Assembly: GCF_036971445.1 (NCBI RefSeq)
Contig: NC_091471.1
Coordinates: forward strand, 259,966,001 to 260,030,000
Direction: 5' to 3'
DNA from: Narcine bancroftii
Lineage: Eukaryota
Length of the DNA: 64,000 nt
A program made the translations under genes and the position numbers. Below are positions 11,531 through 24,891 of the stretch, piece by piece (the first letter of the stretch is position 1; every line of letters begins with the position of its first letter). The notes beneath the pieces are model-generated. The model worked only from the letters and a program-made list of their open reading frames with translations, was not told the DNA's origin and made no database searches.

Positions 11531-12859
11531 TAGGAGTTCCAGGCTTCCACTGGGAAAAAACATTTTCTTCAACTCCCACCAATCATTCACTAATTACTTT
11601 AAATCTCAGATAACTAAATATTGCCTTTATATGTCCTTCTTCTCCATCCCTTAAGGACCTATTTTAATTTTATAAAACTCAGTTAAATTTCTCCTGGTGT
11701 TGTTTCAAAATAAACAAACCCAGTCACTCCTCTTAGCCAACGTTTTCTGTCCTGGCATCATCCCCGAAACTGGGCACTTCTATAAATCACCTCTGCACAC
11801 TCGCTAGTACGTCCAAGTCCATCCTATAGTGTGAGAATTGATGAGAATTTCTCATAGAAGCTGCTTTGTTCATTGGCCACACTTTTTAATGCTTCATAAA
11901 ATACAAGGACCCTTGTAAGCACCTTACTCAACTGTCCTGCCACCTTCACATTCATGCTAGCCATATGCTCTTTTCCACCTCTCTTCCCCAAATGCTTTGT
12001 ACCTCACACTTCTGATTTCCATTTATAATTTTTGTAATAATTAACCAATCCACTTCTCCTGCCAGCCTCAACTTTCTTCCTCATAGAAAGAAACTGCCAA
12101 TTTAACATCATCTGTAAACTTCTTAATTGTAGTTCCTGCTTTTGACTCAATAATTAATACACACCACAAAAAGCAAGGGAAGTAACAGGCAAGTCACCTG
12201 TTACCCAGAGGGTCATGAGGTGTAACAAGAATCTGAGAACATTGTAGTCACTAAAGTAGGTGGCAATCTGTACCCAGCTGTCTGGGTCAAGTTCACATCA
12301 AGGTTGCAAATTTCTATCTATCTATTTATTTATTTATTTATATTTTTTTAAAGTTCAATTAAAACTGAAATTAAAGAACAAACTTCTCTACAGAGAACAT
12401 GGTGCATTTATTAGAATAAATATAATTAGATGTGATGTCGCTGAAAAACAAAGCAATGTTTTTTTTCCAATCAAGATGCTAAATCAGGTTTTGGACCTTT
12501 TTGACAACAGAAACGTGTTCCATTAGTTTAATTTTGGAAAACTAGATCCAGTAAAATTAGGCTTCTTGTAACCGAGTTCCAGAATGATTTGTGCTAAACA
12601 TGTCAGACTTCAGAATAATATCTAGGATTCCTAATTTTTAAAATGCATCTTATCCTGGTGATCAGATTTACTCAATCTTTCTCTCAATTTCAGGCACTGC
12701 TTATCATACCAAACCCATGGGGAAGTAATAGGGAAGGTTTATCACTGCAGCAACAAATATTAATCTCTCCTACTCATCCTTTCCATCTGTTGTTCAACTG
12801 CTCACTCCTTCTGCTTCATATAGTCTTGGAAAGAGTAGAGTGCACAAAGTATCCTGTAC

Positions 12860-13430
12860 CCACAACACCTCCTCATTAGTCAGGAAGGTACAGCAGCACC
12901 AACACTTCGTAAGGAGGTTGAGGAAGGCAAGGTTACTAGCCCCCATCTTGACATTTTACAGGAGAACAATTGAGAATGTCCTGTCTGGCATGATTGTCTG
13001 GTATGGTAGCTGTAAAGCATCGAACTGGGTTTATACAGAGGATCATCAAAATGGCTGGGAAGATTACTGGGGTCGCCTTTTCCTCTATTAACAATATTTA
13101 CTGGGCCCGTTGCTTAATAGGGCTGAAAGAAATATAGAGGAACCTTTCCATCCAGCACATGGTATCTCTGACCTACCACCATCAAGGAGGAGGACTGCCA
13201 GGCTGGGAAACAGCTTCTTCAGGCAGGCTGTGAGATTAAAGAACAGCATCATGTAACCGAGTTAATAATGCCAAAATTTTTATATACATTTATTTTAGAT
13301 TATACCCTTGTGTATATACGTGATTATCATGTGCTGTTTATTGTATGTGTATATGTTTGCAACATGGTCCGGAGAAACATGGTTTTGTCTGGTTGTATAT
13401 GTACAGTCAGATAATGAAAATAAACTTGAT
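12860..13430 (+). mobile_element. Rex1/Babar-like LINE 3' fragment (second subfamily)
   Basis: LVRKVQQHQHFVRRLRKARL..LTFYRRTIENVLSG.IVWYGSC. Confidence 0.75.
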
Positions 13431-14130
13431 ACAGCTTTCAATAAGATAAGCCTCACCCTTCCACCTGCGAATCTCTCTCAGGAAATATTGGGCTATGGTG
13501 TCAGTTCTAAGTCAGTCCACACTCAAAGCATCTACTTAACTATTCACAGAACATCTTACAAACCTGCCAGTGGCAGAAAGGACAGGGTCTGCAGGTACTT
13601 GAAGGCATGGGCTCAGCTGTCTCGACAAACAAACATGAAGTTGCCCAAAGCTTTGATGACCATATCCTAGCTTGGGCCGGTCCATTTTGCTGCAATGACT
13701 AATCGAGAATGGCTATTATTTAAACAACAACTCATTTTAAAATTCCCATCTTTGTCTTCAAATCCCACTATACTCTCCCCTCATCTCCATTCTTCCCTCT
13801 AAGCTTTCTGTAATATCCATTCCTTCCTCCAATTCTAGCCTCTTAAATATCCTTGAATTTAATTGCAACACCACTGCAATTACATTAATGCTAACAAGAT
13901 CCAAAGCTTTGGAATTCCCTTCCTCAGCATCCTTGCCTCATTCCTAACTTAAGGTGGTCTTTTACATCGACCATTTCTCAAGTTTTATGTCACTCGCCCC
14001 AATAACCCCTGATATAATTTGACAATTCTCTTGTGAAGAGCATTGGGAGCTTTTACTATATCAACGGCACATACAAATATACAAATTCCTGCTGAAGAAT
14101 TCCAAAGTTAGACAACTTGGATATTTTTAC

Positions 14131-14442
14131 CTGATAGGTATGTAAAATCTCCAAAAAGGATTTGTAAACCTCAGGGCGCTCTAAGTAACGGTTTTTGATT
14201 TTATTCACATAACTAATTGCGTTGTCGAACTCCACAGGGTGGGGATCATTGGATATTAAATCATCATGGTGATCCAGTAAACGTGGAGTGGAGTCCTCGC
14301 GGATTGGACGGCGGTCCATATGCTCATCCTTGTGACCCACCAGAGGGCTCTGGGTTGGAGCAGGCTCGGCCCGGGTAACCGGAGCAACTGCGGCATTGGT
14401 AGGAGCAGCAGCTGCACGTTCATGTGCTGCCTCAGTCAGCAC
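14131..14442 (-). CDS. SIN3B: SIN3B coding exon (PAH1-PAH2 linker and PAH2 N-terminal half)
   Basis: [14 protein letters not shown]...[36 protein letters not shown]; CAG/GTAAAA; 312 bp. Confidence 0.9.
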
Positions 14443-14894
14443 CTGTGAAGGAAAGGAATTGGTAGGTTGAGCTTTGAGCCCTAACAAAGCCAAACTAATT
14501 CCAAGAAAATTTAAATACACAACATGTATAGAGGACTCTGTTGTGGGAGATTCAACTATCCAGGAAGAAGCAGACATGGCACAGTTAGCATAACTGTTAC
14601 AGCCCCAGCGATCAGACCCACACTATTTGTACATTCTCCCCGTGTCTGCATGTGCTTTCCCTGGGTGTAATTGGGTAGCACGGGCTCATGGGCCAAAAAG
14701 ACCTCTTACTATGGTGTATGTCTTTTTTTTTAATTTAAAATGATTAGCAATGTAAAGCAAACAGTAAAACCTTTTGTCCCACCCTTACCTCTATTCAACT
14801 GCCTTAATTAAAGAATATGTTATTGGGAAATTGAGGCTGTGAACATACACTCTCAACTCTGCTGGGGACCATGGGCAATGATCGATGCACTCAC

Positions 14895-15054
14895 CTGTGT
14901 ATCAGCTGGGGTGGGTCCATGCACACTCACTGCCTTGTTCTTCTGAATCTCTATTCTGTATCCAGGTGGCAGGAAGGCATTGAATCCCAGAATAAGATCG
15001 GGATGCCCCTGGAAGAGCCGGGAAACCCTGTCAATTACACCAGGTGTATCGATG
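14895..15054 (-). CDS. SIN3B: SIN3B coding exon (PAH1 C-terminal half)
   Basis: (S)[53 protein letters not shown]; CAG/GTGAGT; 160 bp. Confidence 0.94.
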
Positions 15055-15759
15055 CTGCAATCCAGAATAAGAAACAGTGGGCGATGAAAAACTCAGGCAT
15101 ATTATCGAACCACAAATCCCTCACAGTACAAAGAGTGATGGATCCATCAGTTTTCCAAGATGATCAGCTTGGTTCCCTGCTCTAAGTACTCTTGGTTCAA
15201 TGCTTATCTGTTCAATCAAGACAGACTAGAGAGGGCAATAAAGCCTTAGTATTCGGGTACTGGGACGATGATAAGAAATAACGAAGTGGCTAAAAGTACT
15301 GTGTTTCACTCTCTTGGTCTTGTTTCATAACTCAGCTGGTTTTCAATTGATCTTCCATCTCCTAACTTTCATTCACCTTTTGATAACTTTGTAACTTTAT
15401 TCCAGCTACCAACCTCAGTTCTGAAAGCTCCAATTGATCCCAGGACATTCAGCTTTTGAGGAAAAAAAAACCTGATTCCACACCATTTGTGTAAGTAAAG
15501 TAATGCTTTCTGACATCAACCTAAACAATTTAGTTCAAATGTCCACTTGTTCTGGATGCCCCATAAAATCTTATTCATATATCACACAAATTAAAAGGAC
15601 TTAACCAGAGAGTCAACAATATCACTCAAAAACATTGTAAAATCTCCCAAATCCTCCACCCTTCAAATTGGCAGCTTGAACAATAAATGGATGGAATGGT
15701 AGGCCATCACAAGTGTGCCATCAGTTTGAGGGGGGAACATTCTGAAGCTGTCTGCATAC

Positions 15760-15866
15760 CTTTGAGACTTAAATTCTTTCATGATGTCAAGGAACTCATT
15801 GTAAACGGCTGGATTGTTTCCGAATTGCATCTTAACCTGGTCCAAGTATGACAAGGCATCTTCCAC
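15760..15866 (-). CDS. SIN3B: SIN3B coding exon (PAH1 N-terminal half)
   Basis: [35 protein letters not shown]; CAG/GTATGC; 107 bp. Confidence 0.95.
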
Positions 15867-16735
15867 CTGAAAAGCACACTAATAACGTATGAGGTTGTAT
15901 TAACAGGACTATTCTGTAGAAAACAGAGCACAACATTTAACCCTTGTACAAACCCCTCCTTACACCATATACAAAAATTGCATCCATCATTGGGTATAAT
16001 TAAAGAGGTGGTTGACAGGTTCTTGATTAGTAAGGGTGTCAAAGGTTATAGGGAGAAGGCAGCTGAATGGGGTTGAGAGGAAAAATACTTCAGCCATGTT
16101 TTGAATGTCAGACTCGATGGCCCAAGTAGCTTAATTCTGCACCTATGTCTTATGATCCCATTGTAGAATGGTTGACACGGAGCTCTAAATAATTTAACTA
16201 CATACATTACAATGAGATATCAGCAAATCCTGACAACAGATTATTTCAATTTTGGTTACATGAGGACAGGGCTCCATTAAATATTATAAATTTTAGTGTA
16301 TCATACATCTGCAGTCGTTATAGATTGCATTCATATAGAAATCTTCTGAGAGAGGGGCATTTTTAAACAAAAATAAAATAATGATAAAATATAAGGAAGT
16401 AAAAACCCACTAATAGGGTTTAGCTAAATTCAAATGTTGAAGGATAGGAGAACAAGAATGCAGAATTTCCCTTCTAATTGGCCAGGACTTTATGGTCCAC
16501 TTGCATGAACAATCTCAGGATCTCACAAAATGATGCGATTATATTCAGTTATCTAGGGGCATGCAGTTCTCACAATCATGTCTTGAAAACAATCATCTAG
16601 TCATTTCCAACTAATTAGGGTCACATGAAAGCAGCAGCATGCCAAAACACAAGAAATCCAAACACACCGTGTACCTAAATGTGCACAAATTATACACATA
16701 GATGGATTAGCATGCACCACGAATGCATGCTCAAT

Positions 16736-16782
<47 letters not shown>
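16736..16782. repeat. (CA)n microsatellite
   Basis: About 23 CA units. Confidence 0.95.
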
Positions 16783-16784
<2 letters not shown>

Positions 16785-16817
16785 TGAAAAGCATAACAAA
16801 CTCCAGTATTTCACTTA

Positions 16818-17287
16818 CTGTATATACTCATCTAATAGTTGTTTTTTTTGACCAATTTATTGGGGTAGAATTTGGTGGGGGGGGGCTTCAATTATATATC
16901 TTTTTTTAAACATGGGTCATACTTTTGACTGTGGCAAACATCTGCCACAGTCTGGGAGTTTGGATGGCTGGGTCTGGATGTTAAGTCCATATTTGGGGTG
17001 TTGGGAGCTCAAATGGATGGGCAGTCGGGGCCAAGAAAAGAGCCTGTGGCTGGGGTGTCGGGAGCTCCAGTGGGCTGGAGCGTGGGTCCGCGGTTGGGGC
17101 ATCGGGAGCTCGGATGGGTAGGTGGCCAGGCCATTGGGAGCTTGGATGTGCAGGCAGTGCCAAAACAATAGGTGGGGGGGGGGTTCGACTTTAACATGGG
17201 TCATATGGGAAACACACAATTTTTCGGCCAAAAAAGGAGTGGAGGTCGACTATTACACGGGATCAACTATTACACAAGTATATACGA
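16818..17287. mobile_element. Tc2/pogo-like MITE
   Basis: TA|CTGTATATACTCATCTAATAGTTG ... CAACTATTACACAAGTATATACGA|TA; related truncated copy at 27788-28100. Confidence 0.7.
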
Positions 17288-18334
17288 TAAATATACTCCA
17301 ACTCTCCAATACAAAAATCTTTAAACCATGTAAGGACAGGACACAGGAAACTTCTCCTTCAGGGAGCTGCTGACAACAGAATTCACATTGACCACTATCC
17401 CAATTAAACTTATGCTCGAACAATGGTTATAAGGTCCCTCTTGGCGAGTAATGCACTTGCACGAATTAGTACAATGGCCCTTGTGTACAGGGCTCACCAT
17501 ACTAATTGCCAACTCTCCGAAGTGAGAAATAGTCACACAATCTACAGCCACATTAATTAATAATAACAAAGGCAAGGAAACAATTCAAACATAATAGAGG
17601 AACACAAAAACTGCAGATGTTGGTACCGAGTGGAGAAAGAGAAGCTGGAGGAACTCAGCATTAATAAAGGGTCCCACCCTGAAATATTGACTGAATATTT
17701 CTATCCAAGGATGCTGCCTGACCAATCGATTTCCATCAGTTTCTCTTTGTCAGCTCAGCCATTCAAATATGGCTCTCCACCTGATCCATATACTTGACCT
17801 GTCATAATTCCAGTCTTGATTCTCTCCCAAAACTCTAGCTAAAATGAGCAAGGCAGAGTGGAGGGCAAACAAAAACCTCATGTTTGGAACAGTTAGAACG
17901 TGACACCACATGCCCTCTATGTTACATTGAGCACAGATATGTCAAAGCTCAATCTTCACTGTGACAATGGTTACAGAGTCTCAAGTGACTACAAGTAAAC
18001 TGGTACCAACAACGGGACAATAGGTTACATAACCGTGAGGCATACAGGTTACAGGACCATTATAACATTGCTGTTCCACCTTGAGAGAGTTCAGATCTAT
18101 TTTAATTTTAGTAAATCTAATCATGAGAATAAATATTACTGGAAGCCCAGGACCCTGAACAGACTGGGCAGAACTCCTTTAAATACTTTAGTAAAGGATT
18201 AATGGTAGCTCTGGAGAGCACTTCAACAAGGTAAGCGTATCTTTCAGTAAACCCATTTTGGAGCTTTTAAGGAAGGCAACATTTTATGCCCAACCTTCAT
18301 TCTCCTTGAGGTTGTGATGGTGCGCTAGAGTTCG

Positions 18335-18980
18335 GATGATCTTTCCTGGACCCAACACACCAACGGCATCATGAAGAAAGCACATCAGCGCCTCTACTTC
18401 ATCAGGAGTTTGCGGAGATTTTGTATAACACCAGAAATCCAAGCAAAAGTGTGCTGACTGGCTGCATCATAGTCTGGTATGGAGACACCAATACCCCTGA
18501 GCATAAAGTCCTGCAAAAGGTAGTGTTCACAACCCAGGACATCACAGGCAAAATCCTCCCCACTTTTGAGTGCATATACAAGGAACACTGCCGTCGGAGA
18601 GCAGCAGCAATCATCAAAGATCCACACCACTCAGCGCACGCTCTGTTCTACCATAAAGAAAGAGGTATAGTTGTCAGAAGACTCACACCACCAGATTCAA
18701 GAACAGCTACTACCCTTCCACCATCAGACTCCTCAATGACAAACACAATCAGATAAAGACTCTTACTTGTTCACTTTATTGATTTTCTTTTTTATTCTCT
18801 CTGTATTGTACAGTTTGTTTACATTTGTTATCTCCTTTCAGTTCGTTATTTGATTACATATACACGCTGTGTACAGTTTTTTTCACTACCAATTTGTGGT
18901 AATTCTGCCCACCCTTAGGAAAAAGAATCTCAGGGCTGTATGTGATGTCATGTATGTACTCTGACAATAAATCTGAAATA
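18335..18980 (+). mobile_element. Rex1/Babar-like LINE 3' fragment
   Basis: SVLTGCIIVWYGDTN..LQKVV..QDITGKILPT..CRRRAAAIIKDPHH; tail TGACAATAAATCTGA. Confidence 0.85.
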
Positions 18981-20435
18981 TTAAACTGCTATGTTGGGAG
19001 TTTCTAGATTTAGATCTTGATAGAATGAAAAAAAGCAGTATACTTCGAAGTCATGAAAGTATAGTATGATGGAGGGGAATCTCAAGTTCATGAGTCTCCA
19101 TGAGCCTGAAGTCATTGTTCTTCTCTGACATGCTGTCAGAATATCCCAGGCAAGTGACATTGTATTCTGTATATTGATGAATATTATGAACTACGTAAAT
19201 TGGCTGAATTTTTTTTTAGTATTATTGAACTTGAAGATGCAAAATATTCCATACTTTTGACATACAATGTTGATTGGGGAAGAGTGGGGTGGCTTTGGGA
19301 TGCCAAAAGATATCACTGCAGGATACCCAATATTTTTATAGTTGGTTCTGTTATGTTACTGGTCATTAAGATACTGATGGTGGGTGACTCAGTAATAGTA
19401 GACATTGAACTTCAAGGGTAGGTGGTCAAACGCTCTGTTGTTGAAATGCATACAATTTTGGAGGCGCAAATCATACTTGCCACTTACACTAGGCAATAAT
19501 TTTTCTCAAAAGATTTGCTTAAGCTGAACACAAAGATAGTTTAAGATTTGCTGTATCATGTAGGAAGTTGGAGAACAGTATCTGTGTATGTGAGCTACTT
19601 TTATAGCCTGTCTGCATCTATCCTGACTAAGCATGCCCAGGCCTAAGACAACATTTGCTTAGCACCTGTACTGAGTGCATGTCTAAGCATGCTTGGACCA
19701 ACCAAAGCAGCTTGTTTTGTGGACAATATACTAGTAGACTTAAGATATGACCAAAAATATGTTACATCTAAAAAAGGTACATGAGAGGTGATTTTGTGAT
19801 CAGCGGCCCAAAATCCATAAAAAGAGTTCAAGAAGCAAAATCTTCATTGTCCAATGCTATTAGCCCAGACCTGAATGTTACCCGAGTATGAACTGGTTCA
19901 CTTGCTAAAGTGAATGGAATGTAACATTACAAAATCAATGAAGACTCCATTTTCTAACCTCATAACAGAAGCAATACTCGTAAGAAGAAGCTAATGAAGC
20001 TGGCTCGACTAGGACACTAACGATCAAACTCGTACAGAAATAACTTGGGTCTGGAATGATTAACTTCCAACAAGAACAACTCTCTTCCTGTTTCCCTTTG
20101 GGGACTATAAACCACAGTTTCACCATGTTCCTTGATGCCTCAACTCTGGAATTCAGCAGTGATTAGATGTGAAGCCACAGTCCAGGGGAAATTAAGCATC
20201 AGTGAGCAGGTTATTGCCAAATGAGTATTGTTTGTTGACATATATCATCACTTGGCTGATGAATGGGAAAAGACTGATTTGATGATAATTAGTTCTACTT
20301 TTTGTGAACAGGAACTATTTTTTAATATAAACACAATTATTTGGAGCCATGGCTTGTTTTGGAGCATACGACAGCTGGAATATGACCTGTCAAAACCATG
20401 CTGGGTATTGTGTGGATTCCTCTCATCAGTCTTAC

Positions 20436-20612
20436 CTTGAGCCTCTGGAACTGCTGGTGCTGTGTCTGTTTCTGCACTGCAAAAGTCTGAGCCTGGATTT
20501 GATGGTTTATCTGTTGCAAATGGGCCTGAATCTTGGCCATGGTCTCCCTTCTGCGCCGACGTATCTGGGATGGTGGCGGTTCCAAGTCTAAGCCTTGGGT
20601 CACCCCAGGCAT
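20436..20612 (-). CDS. SIN3B: SIN3B first coding exon; ATG at 20540 (MAKIQAH...QFQRLK) or at the upstream in-frame ATG at 20612
   Basis: Ends QQFQRLK|GTAAG in phase with the VEDALSY exon; acceptor CTACCAG directly precedes the ATG at 20612; MAKIQAH resembles recalled fish Sin3b N-termini. Confidence 0.85.
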
Positions 20613-21261
20613 CTGGTAGCAAGAGGACATAGAATGAGCCATTGGTTAAGAAGGAGATTGGGGGATAAAAAGCATATGGAGTAAAGGTTAAGATGGAGAG
20701 GAAAGCAAGACACTATGCTGTGGACATTATAACATGGCCTGCATGGAAACATTGACCTTTTCCACATGTAATAAAATTGTTGTACTTCTGTGGGTAATAA
20801 CATTTTTTCCGGAGTCAAATGGCCAAGTTAATTTCCCACTCCAGAGACATAAACACACCATCTGGTTGATGCTCCCAATGCAATTCTGAGACCTTCACTG
20901 TCTGCTATATGGTCTTTATTTGTGCAAAAAGTGATTCCCTCTGATGAATGTAAAAGATTCCACAGCACAATTTTGAAGAACAAGGTTTTCACCCCAGTGT
21001 CCTGATCAATATCTAAATAATCAATACTGTAAAACCCCTGGTGTCTGGAATGAAAGCAACGGGCAGCATCAAGCAACCAGCAAAATAAAAAAAGGAGAAA
21101 TTTAAAATTTAAATAAGTAAGAATAAAAAAAAGGAAAAAAATTATGCAAATTTAAAATTGTAACAGTAAATGTTCTCTGAAGTAACACAAACGTTTGATG
21201 AAGATGGGAGCAAATATTCAGCCAGCAGAATGCCTTGGTTGTGTTTTGTTTGTAGCAGCTA

Positions 21262-22971
21262 CACCCTCCATAATGTTTGGGACAAAGACACTTTTTTTTT
21301 CCCTTTACTTGACCCTGTGCTCCAGTTTTAAATTTGTAATCAAACAATTCACGTGATTAAAGTGCACATTCCAGATGTTATATATATTTTGGTTTGACCA
21401 TGTAATATTTGCAGCACTTTTTATACATAGTCCCCATTTTCAGGGCATCATAATGTTTGGGACATTTGGCTTCACAGGTATTTGTGATTATTCAGACATG
21501 TTTCATTTGAGTCATTTATGCAGATTTAAGAGAGCCAGGCTTACTTCTAAGCTTTTGAAGTCGTAGTTGCCATTTTTCAACACGAGGACCAGAATTATGC
21601 CAATGAATCAAAGAAGCCATTCTGAGGCTAAAAAACAAGAATGAAACAGTAAGAGACATCCCCCAAACCTTCTTCTTTTCTTTGGCTTGGCTTCGCAGAC
21701 GAAGATTTATGGAGGGGTAAATCTCCACGTCAGCTGCAGGCTCGTTTGTGGCTGACAAGTCCGATGCGGGACAGGCAGGCACGGTTGCAGCGGTTGCAGG
21801 GGAAAATTGGTGGGTTGGGGTTGGGTGTTGGGTTTTTCCTCTTAGGATTAACAAAATCAACTGTTTGGAACATACGCAAGAAGAAAGAGCGTACTGGTGA
21901 GCTCAGTAATCGCGAAGGGACTGGTATTCCAAGGAAGATCTCCACTGCTGATGACCGAAAAATTCTCATCACAATGAAGAATCTCCAAACGCCTGCCCAA
22001 CAGATCAGAACCATTCTCCAAGAGGCAGGTGTGGATACGTCAATGATGAACTGTCTGCAGAAGACTTCATGAACAGAAATATAGAGGCAAACCTCTAGTT
22101 AGCCACAGAAGCAGGATGGCTCGATTACAGTTTGACAAAAAGTATTAAGAGCCTGCAGAATTCTGGAAAAGGGTTTTCTGAACAGATGAGACCAAGATGA
22201 ACCTGTATCAGAGTGATGGCAAGAGCCAAATGTGGAGGTGAAAAGGAACTGCCCAAGATCCAAAGCACGCCACCTCATCTGTGAAACACGGCAAGGAGGT
22301 GTTATGGCCTGGACATGTATGGGCTGTCACAGTAACAGTGATCCACTTATCTTCGTTGATGGCAGAAACAAAATGAATTCTGAGGTATATAGAAACATCT
22401 TATCGACTCAAGTTTGAGCAAATGCCTCCAAACTCATTGGACGACACTTCATCCTACAGCAAATAACAAAGGAGTTTTTCAAAGCTTAAAAACTGGAAAA
22501 TTTTGAGTGACAAAATCAGTCACCTAATCTAAATCCAATTGAACATCCCTTCCAGGTGCTGAAGAGAAAACTTAAGGGGACAAGCTCCCAAAACAAGCAG
22601 GAGCTGAAGAAGGCTGCAGCAAAAGCCTGGCAGAGTATCACCAGAGAAGATACTCAGCACCTGGTGATGTTGATGAATCACAGACTTCAAGCAGTCATTG
22701 CATGCAATGGATTATACAACAAAGTAATAAACATGACTACAATACTTTAATATACATTACCATTGCTACGTCCCAAATATTATGATGCCCTAAAATGAGG
22801 GGATTATGTATATAAAGTGCTGTAATTTCTACATGATCAAAACAAAATGTAGACAAATACCCTTGAATAAAATCTGGAATGTGCACTTTAATCACAAATT
22901 TAAAACTGTGGAGAACAGAGGCAAATAAAAGAAAAAAAAAGTCTTTGTCCCAAACATTATGAAGGGCACTG
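21262..22971 (+). mobile_element. Tc1-family transposon (IR/DR type) with a decayed transposase
   Basis: ~200 bp TIRs, each with repeated CATAATGTTTGGGACA; TA flanks; peptides LGLTKSTVWNIRKKKERTGEL.NR..TG.PRK, GVMAW.CM, SPNLNPIEH, LKRKLKG...AWQSIT; frameshifts and stops. Confidence 0.9.
21670..21841 (-). mobile_element. RTE-clade LINE 3' fragment inserted in the Tc1 transposase
   Basis: RKNPTPNPNPPIFPCNRCNRACLSRIGLVSHKRACS; near-identical to the copies at 24.9, 54.7 and 63.3 kb. Confidence 0.9.
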
Positions 22972-24891
22972 TATTTGAATGATGTGTGTGACACAGCAAT
23001 GGCGTTACCCAGGGTGAAAAGCTGGTTGATGATGCTCGACCATGGGGTAACTCTCTTAAGTTTCTCCCTATCCCTGCTTAGCAAGAGTTGCCTCGGTCAA
23101 AGGCTTTATCTGTAAATTTGGAGGGGTGGGGGGGGCTTGGGGTAATTTTCTATAATATTATTGGTCGCCTTTTAGGCAGCTCTGTGTAAGGGGAGGAACC
23201 TGCAGATGCAGCGATGGTTAAATGTTTTCAAAGAATGTGACTGAAAATAAACTAAAATGCTTGCACAGTTTATATATTCATGCAAGAGAAGTTTGTTCAG
23301 TGTAGGTACAGTACAGTAGTTTTGACTTTTAAACTGTTTATTCTTAACGCAAGTTGTATTAATTAGGTATTGTAAGAGTAAGTCTCAGGCAGCCGGAAAA
23401 TAGTTATCTGGCATCTATCCCCACATGTGCCAGATATCAGGGGTTTTGCAGTATTTTTATAGCAGGTATCCACCTATTCATTTTCACATCACTGTTTTTG
23501 GGAGCTTCCTGTGCACATAACTGGGCAGCAACATAGTAATATTTCATCATAGTTTAACACATGAAAACATTCTGAAAGAGATGAAAAAGTGTTGCATATC
23601 TCTCACACATGCATCCATTGTTAAGTTGACAGCAGTATTTGTTGCCCATCATGAATTGCTCACAAAGTTTAGAGGAGAATATTTATAGGAAAAAGACCTC
23701 TACATTGTTATTGCAGGAGAGTTGGGATTTTGGTCCAGTGATGGAACTGTCAAAGAAGCTGAGCAAGTTTCTACAATATACTTTGAACACTGTGCAGAGG
23801 GCGAACACTTCGGACAATCAATTGGCTGGATTTATCCCAATAATCATGTATATTGGCCAGTAGAAACTGCATGGTCTTGTCTTTGAATCCAGTGGGGAGG
23901 ATTTGAAAACTTTCTTATTGGATTTGGTCACTTTTTGCCATGTACAGCATGGAATGAAAGTCCTTGCCATTTTCAGCCCAAGCTTAAATATTGTTGGGTG
24001 CATGCTGCATGAGGGCATTGTCTAGTTAATTAGCAGAATTAAGGCCTGCATCAAATAAGTGTGACAATAACCCCAGATATGGCAGCATTGGCTTTAAGTC
24101 CAAGATGAATCTACTGCTTTAATTCAGTGCAAACTTGGCAATCAAACCTAAAACATTTTCATGCTGTGCAGCCAAGCCACAACATCTGTTGATTCTGCAG
24201 CATACATGAGGGTGAGGAGACGGAGGGCAGATGGGACAGAAGTAGTGATCAGTGAAAGACTGCAGAAGTGGGGAAAAGGGCAGGGGAGAAGTAGACTGGA
24301 AACTGAGTAAGAGATCACATAAAACATCTGAAATCAAGGGTCAAAAACAATAAGCACTTAAGACTACACTGAAGTAAATCATGTCTTGAAACCTGTTGGA
24401 ACAATGTTAGGAATTGTGAGAGCCATTCAGCTCCTTGAATACATTACAAGGGACAATGAGGTATTCAATCTCTTAAACCAGCTTCTCTACAGCTCAACAC
24501 CTTTCTTCAACCACCCCTTGTGATAAATTGACACAACTAAATTATTTCAATCACAAAAAACAGACTGAGAGGTGGTGCACATGTGTCAAAATCCCAAGTT
24601 GATGACTTTATATTGGAAAGATTAGATATAAACTGTGTCAAGATTCAGAGAATAGAGTTGGAGAAGAGGCAACACAAGGCAAAGTTTGTGTTAAGTAGAA
24701 AGTGGGAATAATTATACAGCAACACTCCTAAACCCACCAGTCCTCTACCCCAACATAGAGCAGAACCTACCAGTACTTTATTCCAATGTCATAATGGTAC
24801 ATGGTCCCATCAGTACTGGAACAAATTACAACAGTGACATACTATCACCTTTAAACAAAAGGGCCATTTTCATCTTAATTGTAGTCAGCAC

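Larger units (their letters stand above)
21027..23451. mobile_element. Tigger-like non-autonomous DNA transposon (host of a Tc1 insertion)
   Basis: TA|CTGTAAAACCCCTGGTGTCTGG ... CCAGATATCAGGGGTTTTGCAG|TA TIRs. Confidence 0.75.

Noticed and set aside
18990-20220. Possible additional old LINE remnant on the minus strand
   Set aside because: Too degenerate to assign a family or boundaries by eye
865-20612. Calling the gene SIN3A
   Set aside because: PAH2/PAH3/HID residues, exon sizes and the short MAKIQAH N-terminus fit SIN3B better
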